Notes under the pieces: generated by a model | The model's input: the letters and a program-made list of their open reading frames with translations, nothing else | The model's database searches: none | Told to the model about the DNA's origin: nothing | Part shown: piece by piece, positions 1-27,519 of the stretch | Numbering within the stretch: position 1 is the stretch's first letter | How the letters are laid out: each line of letters begins with the position of its first letter | Position numbers and translations under genes: made by a program | Assembly (NCBI RefSeq): GCF_009914755.1 | Contig: NC_060933.1 | Length of the DNA: 64,000 bases | Direction: 5' to 3' (one strand) | From: the human T2T-CHM13v2.0 reference genome, Homo sapiens

Positions 1-319
1 AGGTCATTGCTCTTGTCTGTAATAGCTTATATGTTTTATATATTATAGCGCAAACTGGAGTGTTTTCATTAATAAATCATATAAAACAGTTTATACCTAG
101 CATCATGCCCAGATGAATTGAATATTGTGTTTTCAGTGTGGTGTGAAAGGAAAGTTTGTGTTTTAGTCAAGCCAAGGTTTGAATCTTGCTCTACCCAGTG
201 GTGATTATGTGCCCTAACTTCAGAACTTCAGTTTCTTTTATAAAATGGAAACAAATCTACATACGAGTTTGTGCCTGATCTTGAGTTAACTGTATGTTTA
301 ATGTATTTAGTGCTGCTAA

Positions 320-360
320 ATATATATATATGCGTGTGTGTGTGTGTATATATATATATA
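320..360. repeat. (TA)n(TG)n(TA)n microsatellite at an Alu tail
   Basis: Read directly from the sequence. Confidence 0.9.
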
Positions 361-647
<287 letters not shown>

Positions 648-1083
648 GCTAAGTATATTTTTTGAAGACTCACCATATGTGTTAAGTGGTTTGGTAAAAT
701 ATAAAATTCATTTCTAAGCAAGGGAATCCAGATTTTTTTTCCCCCTCTAGGGCTCTGTTTAGAAAGGACAGGGTTGAAATCTAACCCAGAAGATTAGGCT
801 AGTGGCAACCATATGTAATCTCTAACTCCACCATTTTAGTAGATGAGGAAACTGATGCACAAATTACATAAATAATTTACCTGAAGGCTCCCAATATCTG
901 CCAGAGATGAAACTAAAGCCATGACTGTAGTCTTTTCCATAGTGCAGATTCAAGCCTTTATGTTTGTTCATTCTGTACATTTCTCTCATTACCAGTTTCT
1001 GGTTCCTATTTAAAAGCATAAGTTGCTGAGTACTTACATGCTTTATGCTCAGATTAAATTGGATGTTTTTGTTTTTACCATAG

Positions 1084-1230
1084 GATTGCCTACAGCGCTC
1101 CTTTAAGGCACAGGTTTTCTCCTGCCCTGCTTGCCGGCATGATCTTGGCCAGAATTACATCATGATTCCCAATGAGATTCTGCAGACTCTACTTGACCTT
1201 TTCTTCCCTGGCTACAGCAAAGGACGATGA
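1084..1230 (+). CDS. UHRF2: UHRF2 last coding exon (C-terminal RING finger end)
   Basis: Follows a T-rich tract ending ccatag; translates [48 protein letters not shown], the UHRF-family RING C-terminus; TGA at 1228-1230. Confidence 0.95.
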   Translation, partial: DCLQRSFKAQVFSCPACRHDLGQNYIMIPNEILQTLLDLFFPGYSKGR

Positions 1231-2105
1231 TCTGCCTGCTTTCACTGTGTTGTTCATGGTGGCTTTTTGGACAATAAAGAATCTAAAATGGGTGGGGAGG
1301 GTGGAAGAAATGGTGGACTGTATCTCTCACGTTCTGAAGCAGCTAATCCTCTTTCCCACATAGCCATCATCTTGTGTGTGTAGTAAGAGGCCCATTTCTC
1401 AACTGTCTTTTAAATATCTAAAGGTAGTTCCTGTAACAACTAGTTTTAATGAGTAAAAAGTCAAAGCCTCAGCTCTAGTTGATATCCAAGTTATGATTTA
1501 TTTTGCAACTACCTCAGGACAGAAAAGATTTATGGGGATTTTAAAAATCATTGAATAACTAGTTAAATGAAATTTTAGCTACACACTGCCTCCCAAATAT
1601 TAGTTGTGCCTGGTTCTTGTAATTTGATTTTACAGAAAAGGAAATGACACTTGAGATCCTTGGAATGAACACAGCTTCTAAAGTGTGCATATACTTTTTT
1701 AACGTCTCTTCTTCCATTACAATGTGTGTTTTGCAAGGACAGGTTCATTTTTTTTAGCCCACTTTGTGAACTCCATTGTGCTTTTTTCTGGTGTTTTATG
1801 CAAGTTGACTACTAATGACTAATGAGAACAATAATGAATGCATTGTTGCTGCATTAGTGTAATGTGGTGTGGTTTTGCACTTAAAAGAGGTATTCATATG
1901 CTCTAGTTGTAAATGTTCATGAAAATCCACTTCTCTACTAGTCGAACTGCTTTTAGTGTCTCACCAGTGGTTTTACATCTGCAGAGTTTTGAGGGCTGTG
2001 CTGACCTTTGAGAGGATTTGAAATTGCTTCATATTGTGATCCTAAATTTTATATTCACTATATTCCCTAAAGTATACCTTAATAAATATTTTATGATCAG
2101 AAAAA
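1231..2105 (+). other. UHRF2: UHRF2 3'UTR with AATAAA at 2081-2086
   Basis: Repeat-free AU-rich sequence after the stop; AATAAA followed by a T-rich downstream tract; cleavage site approximate. Confidence 0.8.
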
Positions 2106-2246
2106 CAGCTCATTTTGCTTTACTTTTTTACACTTGTCTGGCTTATGTTATCAGTTTTAAAGGATCCTATATTTCTGGAGTTTTTCATTGTGCATCTCTA
2201 TTGAAACATTTTTTTTACTTTGTACTGGTAATGAGAACCAGAATGA

Positions 2247-2590
<344 letters not shown>

Positions 2591-2772
2591 CTCAGTTTGT
2601 TTTTTGTTTTTTGTTTTTAAGTTTATTCTAATAGGAAAAAAATTTAAAATGGTAATCTAGTGACCATTTTCTGTAGTTTCTGTCCTGTGTTCAGTTTTAG
2701 TCTAATCAGTGCTACTTATTTCACAGACATAAGAATGTTTTAAAACGTTCTATTCTCTAAACTATACTGCTA

Positions 2773-3066
<294 letters not shown>

Positions 3067-4052
3067 CTACATTGTTTTCATCAGAGAAAAGTTTTAATGT
3101 GATCCAGTCAGTCCTTGCATCCCTAAGTTCACAGCCATATAAATATCATTCGTTGAATACTTACTTTGTACTAGTCATTTGTATGTATTATTTGTATTCA
3201 TTGAATTCTACCAACAACAAATGCTATCCCTGTCTTATGGGTGAATATCAGTGGCACAAAAAGGTTAAATAACTTGACCAGAGGTCATACAACAATCAAA
3301 AGGTGGATCTGTGCCATAAACTTAGGCAGTCTTGTGTCCAGAGCTGGTGATGTTTGCTATATAGGCAGGCCCTCACTCTTGGATATATGGCCAGCTAGTT
3401 TCAGTGCTTTTCCTGAATGTAACTAAATTCCAAATCAGGTTGTGGGAAATACCTGGAACTATGTCTCTTAGAGCTAAACGTTGGAATCATTTTTATTTTG
3501 AAGCATTGCATTTAAATAGGATCTTCTTAAATTGAAAATGAATCATTAAATTGCATCATTCATACTATATCCCCTCGTATTGGCCGCATTTCTGCATGAA
3601 GAGTGGGAAATGTCTTCCAGTTTCAGCTACTTGAACTGGTTTATTTCTACCACTTTGATTAGCAAAATAGCTGATTCCGACGGTTCCGCTTTGTATTGTC
3701 TGAACTCTAGCTATAACATGAGAGACTAGGAAAGAAGGCTGATGGTGGCTTAGCATATTCACAGATGGGAAGAACGGCCCAAAGCTTAGCAATTATTATT
3801 GAACCTTTGAGTCATCAAGGTTCTTTTACATAATATTTCAGTTGGTATCTAGAAAATGGGGACTTTTAGGACACATAACCACAATACTAAACAGTTTCTT
3901 TACATCATCAAATATCTAGTAAATGTTCCAATTTCCATAGTCTCAAATGTCATAAATTGCTGTTTTGTTTTCAGTTGGTTTGTCTGAATCAGGATCCAAA
4001 TAAAGACCTCACATTGTGATTAATTGCTATCTCTTAAGAATATTTTAATCTG

Positions 4053-4375
<323 letters not shown>

Positions 4376-5849
4376 TCACATCCCCTCAATCTTTCTTCCC
4401 CCTCTTCCCCTTTGCAATTAGTGTGTTGAAATTGGATTGTTTGTTCTGAAGCATTTCTGACAGAACATAGATAATGGAACCCTGTGGTGTAGTTTAACAT
4501 GTTTCTCTTTATTTTCAGTTAATTGGTAGTTTACAATTAAAGCATGACCAGATTCAGACTTGACTTTTGGGGGCAGGGGATGGGTAAGACTTTGTCATAG
4601 GTGATGTGGTTGTCCTTCAGGAGGTACATAATACCTGGTTGTCTCTTAGTCCTAAGTTTGAAAGAAGCTTTTTTCACGGGAATTTATTACATTTGGTAGG
4701 TTACAGTGATTACTATGAAGTAATCAATCACTTTAATTTGGATAGGATTTAAACTTTCTGGTTTTACTCACTTCTAAGTAATATGGTTCACTCGACAAAT
4801 ATGTGCATGCTAGTGTTTGAGTATATTGGTAAACTTTTGGAAGCTGGCAAAGTTTCAGAAGCTGGCAATCTAAACATCCATAACTCTCTCATAACCCTGT
4901 TATAACAGCTAACAGAAAGGGGCCCTACCTATATACTTAAAGCTTTGGATTTCAGTATAGATCCTGTTTGGAAGAGCTGAGTAGAGATCTGCTCTGATGC
5001 CCAATATCTGCTATTTGCCTATTAAGAACCAAACCTTTCCCTATTCTTCAGGACAGCCCTGATTGCAAGAATTGAGCTTGGTGGCCCGTTCACCTTGAGC
5101 TTACACTGGAAAGAGTTACCCTTGCTTGCCCACTCTGTCTGGTCCCTACAAGTAGACTGTCACAGTTCCTGAAGGAAGTGATATTTAGTAACCTGGCTTA
5201 ATCTAATCCTACACAGAAAAAAGATGATATACCTTCACTGGATATAAGAAAATCGGAAGCTTCTTAGAGGGACCATGCAGGCAGACCAAGTGACTGCTGT
5301 TGAAAAAGATGAAGATGATCTTTCTTACTCTTTCATGACTAGATTCGCGGGTATGAAATTGCATTGTGTTGACAGAATAAAGCAGGCTGCCATGTGAAGA
5401 GTAATTTGAGATTAAAATTCTTGGAAGTAAACATGATTGTGAAGACAAGATGCAACAGATGAAACAATTAGATACTGCCAAAATTTGAATGTATTGCTGA
5501 GTAATATTTATGGATATGCCACGGTTTATTCATCTGATGGATATTTGGATTGTTTACAGGGTTTTGCTGTTACAAAGCTGCTGTGAGCCATTGTCAGTCT
5601 TTGGAAAACTCTTACAAAATTATGTACTTACCATACAACCCATCAGTGTCACTAATTGTTAACAAAAATGACATTTCAAAGTGGTTTATACCATTTTACC
5701 TTCCTGCCAGCAGTGCGTGAGATTTATGGTTGCCCCACATCCTCTCTAATACTTGGTTTTGTCAGTTTTTTAAAATTATAAACCACTCTAGAGGGTGTAT
5801 AACTCCTGTGAGAGACAAGAATGGGTTGCATACTTGGTGACAGGGGAGT

Positions 5850-6225
5850 GGACTGTGGTAGCCATTTGTACTGTTCACCAGGTATCTTTGGCTCAGAAGT
5901 GCACGTGCTAGGATTGTTCTTCCAAGCTTCCTTGTGTTTGGATAGGGCCATGTGACGAGTTGGCCAGTTAGTCGTGAGCAGATATGCTGTATACCACTTG
6001 TAGGCAGGTCATTTCCTTGCCCTTCGGAGTTTTCTTTCTTCTTCCATGGAGACTAGTAACCCTCCAGATGGGACTTTTCTGTCAGCTTAGATCTCAGAAT
6101 AAGAATGGTACAGAGCACCCAGCTAACTTGTGGTGAACATGCAACATGAGAGAGATGTAAAGGCAAGACCCTAAAGTTTTTGAGTTGTTCGCAGAGCATG
6201 ACCTAGCCTATCCTGACTGATAAAA
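5850..6225. mobile_element. MaLR (MLT1-type) LTR, degenerate
   Basis: ggccatgtgac...ggcc and terminal cctgactgata MLT1-like motifs. Confidence 0.5.
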
Positions 6226-6284
6226 ACATTCCTAACTTCCTCAGCCTAACAGCAGGTATGGAATTGAATTCATTCTATATTTTA

Positions 6285-6552
6285 TCTTGAGACGGTCTCT
6301 GTCACAGTGACGTGATCATGGCTCACTGCAGTCTCTACCTACTGGGCTCAAGCTATCCTCCTGCCTCAACCTCCCAAGTAGCTGGGACTACAGGCATGTG
6401 AAACCTGTAGTTTGGCCAGTTTTTGTATTTTTTATAGAGATGAGGTTTCACCATGTTGCCCAGGCTTGTCTCAAACTCCTGAGCTCAAGCAATCCACCTG
6501 CCTCAGCCTCCAGAAGTGCTAAGATTACAGACGTGTGCCACCATGCCTGGCC
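6285..6552 (-). mobile_element. AluJ-like
   Basis: Reverse-complement Alu, diverged. Confidence 0.85.
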
Positions 6553-6667
6553 TGGAATTGAATTTAGTTGGCCTTTTAATATTGAATCTAAAATTTTCAG
6601 TGTTTTAGAGCTAATTCTTTAATACCCAACTCAGTTGACTTAAGCGATTTATAAATTGGTTGGTAAT

Positions 6668-7180
6668 ATAGTAGGCACCCTCTAAGATGGACCCCAGTGA
6701 TTTCCTACCTTTTGCTCTTCATGCCCTGGTGTAATCTCCTCCCGTTGAGTGTGGGCTGGACTTACATTGTATTGTAAACAACAAAATACAGCAGAAGTGA
6801 TCAGATGTCACTTCCGAGGTTAGGTCACAAAAATACTGTGGCTTCCTACTTGGACCACCCTCTCTCTCAATCTGGGGGAAGCCAGCTGCCATGCTGTGAG
6901 CTGCCAAATGGAAAGGCACATGTGGCAAAGAACAGAGGTCTCCCACCAACAGTCCTGAAGCCTACCAAAAACCACAGAAGTGAGCTTGGAAGTGGATTTG
7001 CCTCCAGAGGGTCCTTGAGATGACTTCAGCCCTTTATTGCAACCCTGTGAGAGACCCTCAGCCACAGGTACCCAACTAAATCATTCCTGGATTCCAGACA
7101 CAGAAAGATGATGAATGTTGATGTCTTAATCCATTAAGCCATGGGGTAATTATTATGCAGTAAAAGATCACTAATACAGA
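6668..7180 (+). mobile_element. MLT1 (E/F/G-like) LTR
   Basis: ctctaagatggaccccagtgat start; gaagccagctgccatgctgtgag; actaataca end. Confidence 0.75.
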
Positions 7181-7872
7181 TAGGGTGGCCCTGAGTGCCA
7201 GTTTGCCCAGGAAAGATCCAATTTGCACTTGTTGCTCCAAAATTATTATGAATAATACCGTTTGCTTTTCCTCCTTAAAGTGCCCCAGATTGGATAACAT
7301 CACCCTCTTTACTCAATTGAGATCTTTTATGACATAACCGTGAATTCACTTTTATTTCTGAAATACTGTTTCCTTAACCACAGCCAAGAATTTTTTAACT
7401 CATTGATTTTCTTTAGGAGAAAATACAGGCATTTAAAGTAAGTCTCTAGTGAAGTCTCCAGTTAATAGATGAAAATGGTAACTGTAGAAAGTACAGTAAT
7501 CCCATGGGCATTTTGCCTGGAAATTCTTTGACTCTAAGGAGCTTCTAAATAGATCTTTGCCAGTTTCTAGATGCCAAGAGAAATTTTTGAGGTGCCCCTC
7601 ACTTCCAACATAAATTTACCCTTTATCTATTTGTGTGGAAGATTGTGAACTAGATTGTTCAAATACTTTATCGTTTGAATTTAGCTAGTTGATGTCTACT
7701 TAAGAAATCAGTAAATCTTAGATGAGCTTTTGGGCTTATATCCACCCAATACTAAATTACCCCCCGCCCCCAACATAAAATGTCTCTATTTGGGTCACAG
7801 ATACTTAACAAAGTGTCACAAATGTGATCTTACCAAATCCATAAGTTATTATAGAATGCTCCATTTCTATAA

Positions 7873-12780
<4,908 letters not shown>

Positions 12781-12880
12781 ATATACTTGGCTCCATCTTG
12801 TGTGGAATTTGAAGTGCCCAAAGCAGCCTTTCAAAGACAGATTTTTAATCTAAGAAACCATAACACTGTACCACAAATGA

Positions 12881-13221
<341 letters not shown>

Positions 13222-13473
13222 TAAGAAAAATAATATTTATTAAACACCTATGTGTCTTTAGTATATGACAGACTTCCCAACAACGTGACAAAGAAGCTAT
13301 TTCTTTTGTTATTATAGCTAAACACTTCCAGCAGAAGGAAAGTAACATCTATGCTATGCTCTATGCTTATTGAGGTTTTTGTTTTTAAAATATGGAAACG
13401 ACAAATACTGTAGCATGCAGATTATTCAGTATTGGTCGTTGTTAAGTACTTATTTCTTAAATAAAAGAATAAG

Positions 13474-13760
13474 ACCAGGCGCGGTGGCTCACACCTGTAA
13501 TCCCAGCACTTTGGGAGGCCGAAGTGGGTGGATCACCTGAGTTCAGGAGTTCGAGACCAGCCTGACTAACATGGTGAAACCCTGTCTCTACTAACAGTAC
13601 AAAAATTAGCCGGGCATCGTGGCAGGCATCCAAGAGACCAAGGCAGGAGAATCACTTGAACTCAGGAGGAGGAGGTTGCAGTGAGCCAAGGGCATGTCAC
13701 TGCACTCCAGCTTGGGCGACAAGAGCAAAACTCCATCTCAAAAAAAAAAAAAAAAAAAAA
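13474..13760 (+). mobile_element. AluS with a small right-arm deletion
   Basis: Alu plus poly-A; lacks the tgtaatcccagctact segment of the right arm. Confidence 0.85.
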
Positions 13761-14092
13761 GAAAGAATAAAATAATACAAATGAAGCTGACATACTTTCA
13801 GTCACACTTCCCATTCCCCTCCGTACCCAAGACATTACTGCAAAATTCTTGATACCTTTTCAGTGTTTTTTTATACTTAATGCACCTATGTACAGGTCTC
13901 AATAAACAAAATGTAGGTATTTCAAGTGTTATAATGAAAACATACAAATGATATATTGCTTGTATTCTAAACTTCTTTTTTCATTCACCTTTATCCTTTA
14001 GCATAGTCTTGTCTTTTAATGGGTAAGCTTTGTCTCTTTATGTTTAAGACAAGTAGCTCACACTAGTTTTACTTCCCTCCAAATTATCTTTT

Positions 14093-16156
<2,064 letters not shown>

Positions 16157-16289
16157 TTATTTTTAAAATCCCAAGTTATTTTTAAAATATCTGACTTACT
16201 GATTTACTGACACATTTTATCTATTTCTTTGCTCACTATTTCTTGTTGAATACTTCAAGATGTTTTTGTGCCATTAGACCTTTCAGTGA

Positions 16290-16946
<657 letters not shown>

Positions 16947-18156
16947 TCGCAGTGACAGTCTTTGAACAGTAAATATTCTCAATCTTAGCAGGTCTGAAAA
17001 TGTCTTCATTTTTTTACACTGGTTTTAGAAAGTTAAATTGTCTGGGTTTAGAATTCTAGGTTGCTAATTACCTTTCTTCAGCATCTTGTAGATATACCAC
17101 TGTTTTGGCATCTATTGTTGCTGAAAAAGTTGAATGTCAGTTTGATTGTCTTTTCTTTGAAGGCTATGTGTTTTCTAGTAGCTTCTGAGTTTCACTAAAA
17201 TGTATCTAGATGTGTATTAATATCTATTTGTTCTGTTTTGGACTCATTGTGCCCCTTTAAATTGAAAGTGCATATCTTTAGTTCTGGACATTTTTATTAT
17301 CTTTTAAATATATTTCTCCTTTCCCATTCTATCTCCTTTTCGATGTCTTACAAGTTTTTCTTCTACCCTACACAAGTTAACATCTATTAAATCCTATTAA
17401 ATCCTCCCTCCGTGCTGTGTTCTAGGTGATTTCCCCACTTCGTTAGTTTTCTTTCTTCCAATTCCTTAAATTTTCTCATTAATTGTGTCTAGTCCGCAGT
17501 TTAACCTGTCTAAATAAGATCTAAATAATTTTTTTTGGAGAACTATTTTAAGCTTGTTTTCAAGTTTATCTGTTCTTGTTTCATAACCTCCTGTTCTTAT
17601 TTATTGATTTTAGTCTTTTGAGCATTAAAACATACTTCTTTCAGAGTTCTTTTAATCTTTCTCTCATTTCTGATTCTTTAAGTGAGAATTTTGCCATTTG
17701 TTGGTCCTTAACATTGAATTTCATTTAAAAATAAATAAATTTGTATCTGCAAGCTTATCTTCTATAGGACTTTTCTTCTGAGAGGGTTTTGTTCATGGCT
17801 TCGTTATGGATGCAACTGCTTCCTTTGGAGAAATTTTTAGATTATTTCTGCTGGGGCCTTATATGGTTTTCTGAAACTGAACCAAATATTATGTTTTGTT
17901 AAATGGGACTCCTTCACCATGCAGATAGTATGAATTGGCTCTGTATTCACATGCAGCCAAGACTCTTGTTGGATGACTTTGTTTCAACCCATGACCTGAG
18001 ATGGGGAACTTGTTTCTTGCAATGACTCTGGACTAGTAGATACTGATTTTTCAGTCCTTATATTGGAACAGGGCTTTCCCAATTCTAAATGTGCCCATTT
18101 CTGCTCCTTACTATCCAATATGACTGCAGCCTCAATTCCTAATATCTATTTCCCAC

Positions 18157-18454
18157 TTTTTTGTTTTGTTTTGTTTTGAGATGGAGTCTCGGTCTGTCGC
18201 CCAGGCTGGAGTTCAGTGATGCAGTCTTGGCTCACTGCAACCTCTCCCTCCCACATCAAGCAATTCTTCTGCCTCAGCCTCCCGAGTAGCTGGGACTACA
18301 GGCATGTGCCACCACACCTGGCTAATTTTTGTATTTTTAGTAGGGATGGGGTTTCACCATGTTGGCCAAGCTGGTCTCGAACTCCTGACCTCATGATCCT
18401 CCCGCCTCATCCTCCCAAAGTGCTGGGATTACAGGCGTGAGCCATCGTGCCCAG
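18157..18454 (-). mobile_element. AluS
   Basis: Reverse-complement Alu. Confidence 0.9.
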
Positions 18455-18827
18455 ACTTCCCCAGCATTATTGAAACCCCCTAATTCCTAAGGCACAACGT
18501 ATCCAGTCTAGGAACCTCAATGGGCCATGTGGTTTCAAGTTCTGTGGGTTCCCTCTTTATTTCTACCACCTGCAGACTTCCTTTTCTTCTTTTAGAACCT
18601 ATTTTTTCTATGGGAAATAGGTAAAGAGGAATATTTACTGAGGAAATTTAAGTGAGGAAAGCAGGAATATTTCACCAGCATGTACATGTCTTTGAAGTAG
18701 GGATGGGAATATTTCCATACATGTTCAGTCTGTATCCAAAAAGAGAAGTGAGTGCTGTTGGTATTATTCACCTCCATAAGTGAAATAATGTCTGAACAAT
18801 ACCAACAGTACTCACGTAAATGTCATT

Positions 18828-18925
18828 ATCACCATTTTACAGAGAAGGAAGCAGTTTCAGAGAGTTAGTTACTTTCCCTAAGTCACAGCTAGTCATTAGT
18901 GGGTCTAGAATTTAAATTCAAAGCT
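18828..18925. mobile_element. MIR fragment
   Basis: ccattttacagagaaggaagcagtttcagagagttagttactttccctaagtcacagctagt MIR core. Confidence 0.7.
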
Positions 18926-19052
18926 ATATGTTAGTTTTCACTATTTTTTCTGCCTCACTGTTTTTCGTTTATTTACTCAAGAATTTACTTTTACTTTATC
19001 TTATGTCCTTTTGCCCTTGACATCAGGTTTGGACAGTATTCCAAAGAGACCT

Positions 19053-20492
<1,440 letters not shown>

Positions 20493-21433
20493 GTGTTGCT
20501 AGCTAACCCTCCATTCCCACCCTCCAACATGTCTGATACCAGAGACTATACTCACTCCTTTGCTATTTGCAAGTTTATTTAATAGGCTACCCCAACTGCC
20601 TTGTCCATGGATAGAATTTTCTTCATTGTATCTTGGAATGCAATGAAGTAAGCTTCTTTTAACCAATAAAAACATCTAGATTTTGTATTTTGCATAACAT
20701 TGATATTCCTTTGTAGTTCATATTGGATGAAATGTCTTGAACACAAACAAGTTATCTTTTTTTTTTCTCCCCATTCCTTATGCCAGACTTTTAAAGAAAG
20801 AGTCTGCTTCTAGTTCAACTTCGGCTGCTTGCTACTTCTGCTGCAAGTAGCACTTTTAGATCAAGTTCCCAGTGGCAGCACCGGTGGGGGAAGTCTGCAC
20901 TTTTTTAGGATGACTGACCTCACTCCTGGAGCTGTTGGATTCCACCCTGTTTTTGGGAGTTTATGACTTTGGTTGTTATTTAATGCACTTAAATCTTCTG
21001 AGTCTCACTGAGTTTTTTGTTTTGATTTTTCAAATGTTCTTCACAACTCTTTTGTAGGAAATTTAAAATGTTACACCCAGAACTGTACAAATATTTTACT
21101 AGTGAGGTTAAACTAAATGCAACAATGGAACAAACAGATGAAAAGCACACTAAGATTTCACTTGTGTCAGTTCTGAAAACCCTAGACCTCTTACTGCAAC
21201 CAAGTTGTTTCCTTTCATGCCGTTCCACTTAAAAAGGAATTTGTAGGTTTTTTTTAGTCCTCCATAGATTCTGCTGAATTCAGAAGAAATTGCATGCAAT
21301 CCCTAGCTTTGTTTCAGAAGTTAATTTGTGAAAGAATGAAAGCCATTATCTTTTTCTTGATGTAGGTTGAAAATGAAATAATCTTTTGTGTGTATGAATT
21401 TGTACAAATACTTCCCATAGGAACAATGATATG

Positions 21434-21957
<524 letters not shown>

Positions 21958-22529
21958 ATATGGAGGAAAAGGGTAGGATACTAGATTACCCTACAAAAGC
22001 CTATTAAACCATAACTTAGCAGTACTGCTTTTATGGAAAACCCTTTCCAGTTCTAGGCATCAGAGATCACCCCCTGCCCCAAATTCACAACATATTCAAA
22101 CAAATGTTGGTATGGATGATTTGACAGCAGAATTGTAACAGAGATGTCAGAGACTTATCTCCATCCCCAGGGAGTTGTATGTATGGGAGGTGGGGAGTGG
22201 TGGGAAAAGCTCCAGACCAAAGGAACGTGTCCGAAGGCTGGGGAGTGAGAGCTTGGCAAGGTGAAAAGCAACAGCTGGGAGGCAGGCTCAAACCAGGACT
22301 AGAGGAGAAGCAGGGAGAGGGTATGATGAAGCACTCAGAGCAGCAGAGGATGAGAATGACATGTTATGAACAGAAGAGAAGGAAGAAAAAGGCCACAGTA
22401 AGGAAAAGATAATAATATTCACACATACAAACATGCTCTGCATTAATCTTACATAGAGGGATAGTGACCCGCATCCATAAAAGGTGGTCTTCCAGCCCCT
22501 CAACCTGCCATCCTGGGATACTGTAATGA

Positions 22530-23006
<477 letters not shown>

Positions 23007-23810
23007 TAGTTGGTTGGGGAAGAGTGGAGGGTCAGGGAGAGACTTCTTTGACTCTGTGCTGGCAGGAGCAAGGAGCCAAGCAGATCAGAGCTCAAGGCCA
23101 AAGCGCCAGTCTGGGACTAACTGTAGGATCCCTGGCCAAAGCCAGGGAAAAGGGGGCTTTCTCTTAAAATGGTAAGACTTGCATAAAAGATGCAAGGTTA
23201 ACTAAGACCAGCCTTATCCCTTAAAGGCCTAGAGTTATGGAAAGTTCCCTGAAATGTGAACAATGCAAGTTGAGAGGCAACCCTTTATCTGGATAAGGGG
23301 CATCAGGTTTCCAATGACAAAACTAGTGCCCCTCATTTAGAAAAAGGATTTAGGTGCCACTGCGGGGTGCATGAATCCATCTGAGACAAACAATTTAGAA
23401 GCTGAATCGTGAGCCCTTTTAGTGATTTGCAGGGCTCGCGACAGAACTGTTGGTCAGACGTTGGCCAGGGTTTGGGCTGTTTCCTGGAGCACGTAGGTCT
23501 CATGGGTTTTCAGATGGGGCCAGGGCTCTTGCTCTTTATCACACCAGGCTACCAGGTGAGGATTGCTCTCAGTGGCCTGTGGTGGGTCCCAGGTGGAAGT
23601 GGCTAGGGCCCAGGGCTGTGAGGATGCAGAGGGGATACCCAGTTCATAGGATGGGTGCGCATGATGGCCTCAGGCTCCCAGTCTTAAAACTGCTCCTCTC
23701 CACTCCCGCTGCTTCACTTGACTAAAAAAAACCACCTCTGCTCAAACATGCACAACATTGTGAATGTACTTAACTCATACATTGTTCCTGAGAATGGTTA
23801 AAGTGCTACA

Positions 23811-24018
23811 TTTTGTATTATGTATATTTTTCCATGATATATATTATGTATATTTTGTATATTATGTATATTTTGTATATTATGTATATTATGTATATTT
23901 TCCATGATATATATTATGTATATGTATATATTATGTATATATGATATATATTATGTATATATACATATATTATGTATATATATACACAAATATATATTAT
24001 GTATATTTTTCCATGATA
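23811..24018. repeat. AT-rich degenerate minisatellite (tattatgtata core)
   Basis: Repeated tattatgtata units and three ttccatgata units. Confidence 0.85.
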
Positions 24019-24174
24019 AACAGAAAAATTTTAGGGGACACACTCTACACAAAGCCATTTCAGAGGCCCCATCTTCAAGCTCTGGCATTTTGTACATATC
24101 TTTAACAGAACTGCTCACAGCAGACATTGGAAATATGGGTTTCCATGGCAATGCGCCTCTTTGAGATCATTCAG

Positions 24175-25316
<1,142 letters not shown>

Positions 25317-25969
25317 TCATGGGGATATGAAGAAGGTATTTTTGAAATGATGAAATACAGAAAATGGCTAGGATGAAATACAGAGAATGACTAGTAAAGC
25401 AAGGTGACTGGGGACAGGGCTTCAAGGGGCAGTGCCTTTCAGGATAAGATCCGGGGCAGGGAAAGACTGGCACAAGTGTTAGGTAACACATGAGCAATTA
25501 ATAGTGAAGGACAAGTGATTCACTTGACTCTTAATCGCCTATGTTTGGCTCTGCTATGTTCTGGGGGCAAGTAATGGATAATAGCCATGGAAACAACCTT
25601 GGCACTCAACTACAAACACTGTGTAAAGTAAGTAGAAAAGAATTGCTGTTTGCTTCCATTATTTACTGTCATACACTTGTCCTTCCTAGGAAGGGGCCGT
25701 CCCAGGGCCTGATGGCTAGCTTGCACTAAGCAGGGTTTCCAACTCAGGAAGGGCAGAGTCCCCAGGTCTGCAGTTGCCATGGCAGCAGGGTATCCTGTTT
25801 TGGCTGATAGGTACTGGAGCCAGTAAGGCTGGGTCCAAATTCTGCCCCTCCCTCTTACTGGCTGGTAGTGGGACTTTAGGCATCTCTTCATACCCTTCCC
25901 CACATGTGTAAGAGTGGAACATTGTGAGGGTCAAATGAGGTAGTATTTCAAACACTTAAAAGAATACCA

Positions 25970-26280
<311 letters not shown>

Positions 26281-26564
26281 TTGCCTGATACCTGAGATGC
26301 ACTATTTAATAGATATCATTTAATTATTGTGTAAAAAAGGAACCGTGAATCCCATCACTTCTGTACTGCTTTGTTAGGCTAAAGTAAATTGTTGTATAAA
26401 CTTTTTAAATATAAAAATAAGTGGAATACTTGCAGATAATTCAATAGAGCACCCAGATCACTAGCATTAAAGCCTAGGGATACTAAGTAATGTTGGAGGA
26501 AGCAGCCATGCAAGAAACCAAGTAGTCATGATTAGAGCATTTGCTACTTCTAAGGCAAAGTCAT

Positions 26565-27330
<766 letters not shown>

Positions 27331-27519
27331 CAGTTCCAACAAAAAGGGTCAAAGTGGTTTTCACTGTTGACCAAGACAACTGTTTCTTCAGCCAGTCAAA
27401 GGCAAAACTGATGATGTAACAATGGCTATTGGGTTGGGTGTTCTCATTGCCCTTCAGCTCCCACTGAATCTAGGTTGTAACGGTGGTAAAACTATAAAGT
27501 ACACCAAGAGAAAGGCATT

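Noticed and set aside
1172-1363. 63-aa ORF overlapping the UHRF2 stop
   Set aside because: Alternative frame of the real exon running into the UTR; no support.
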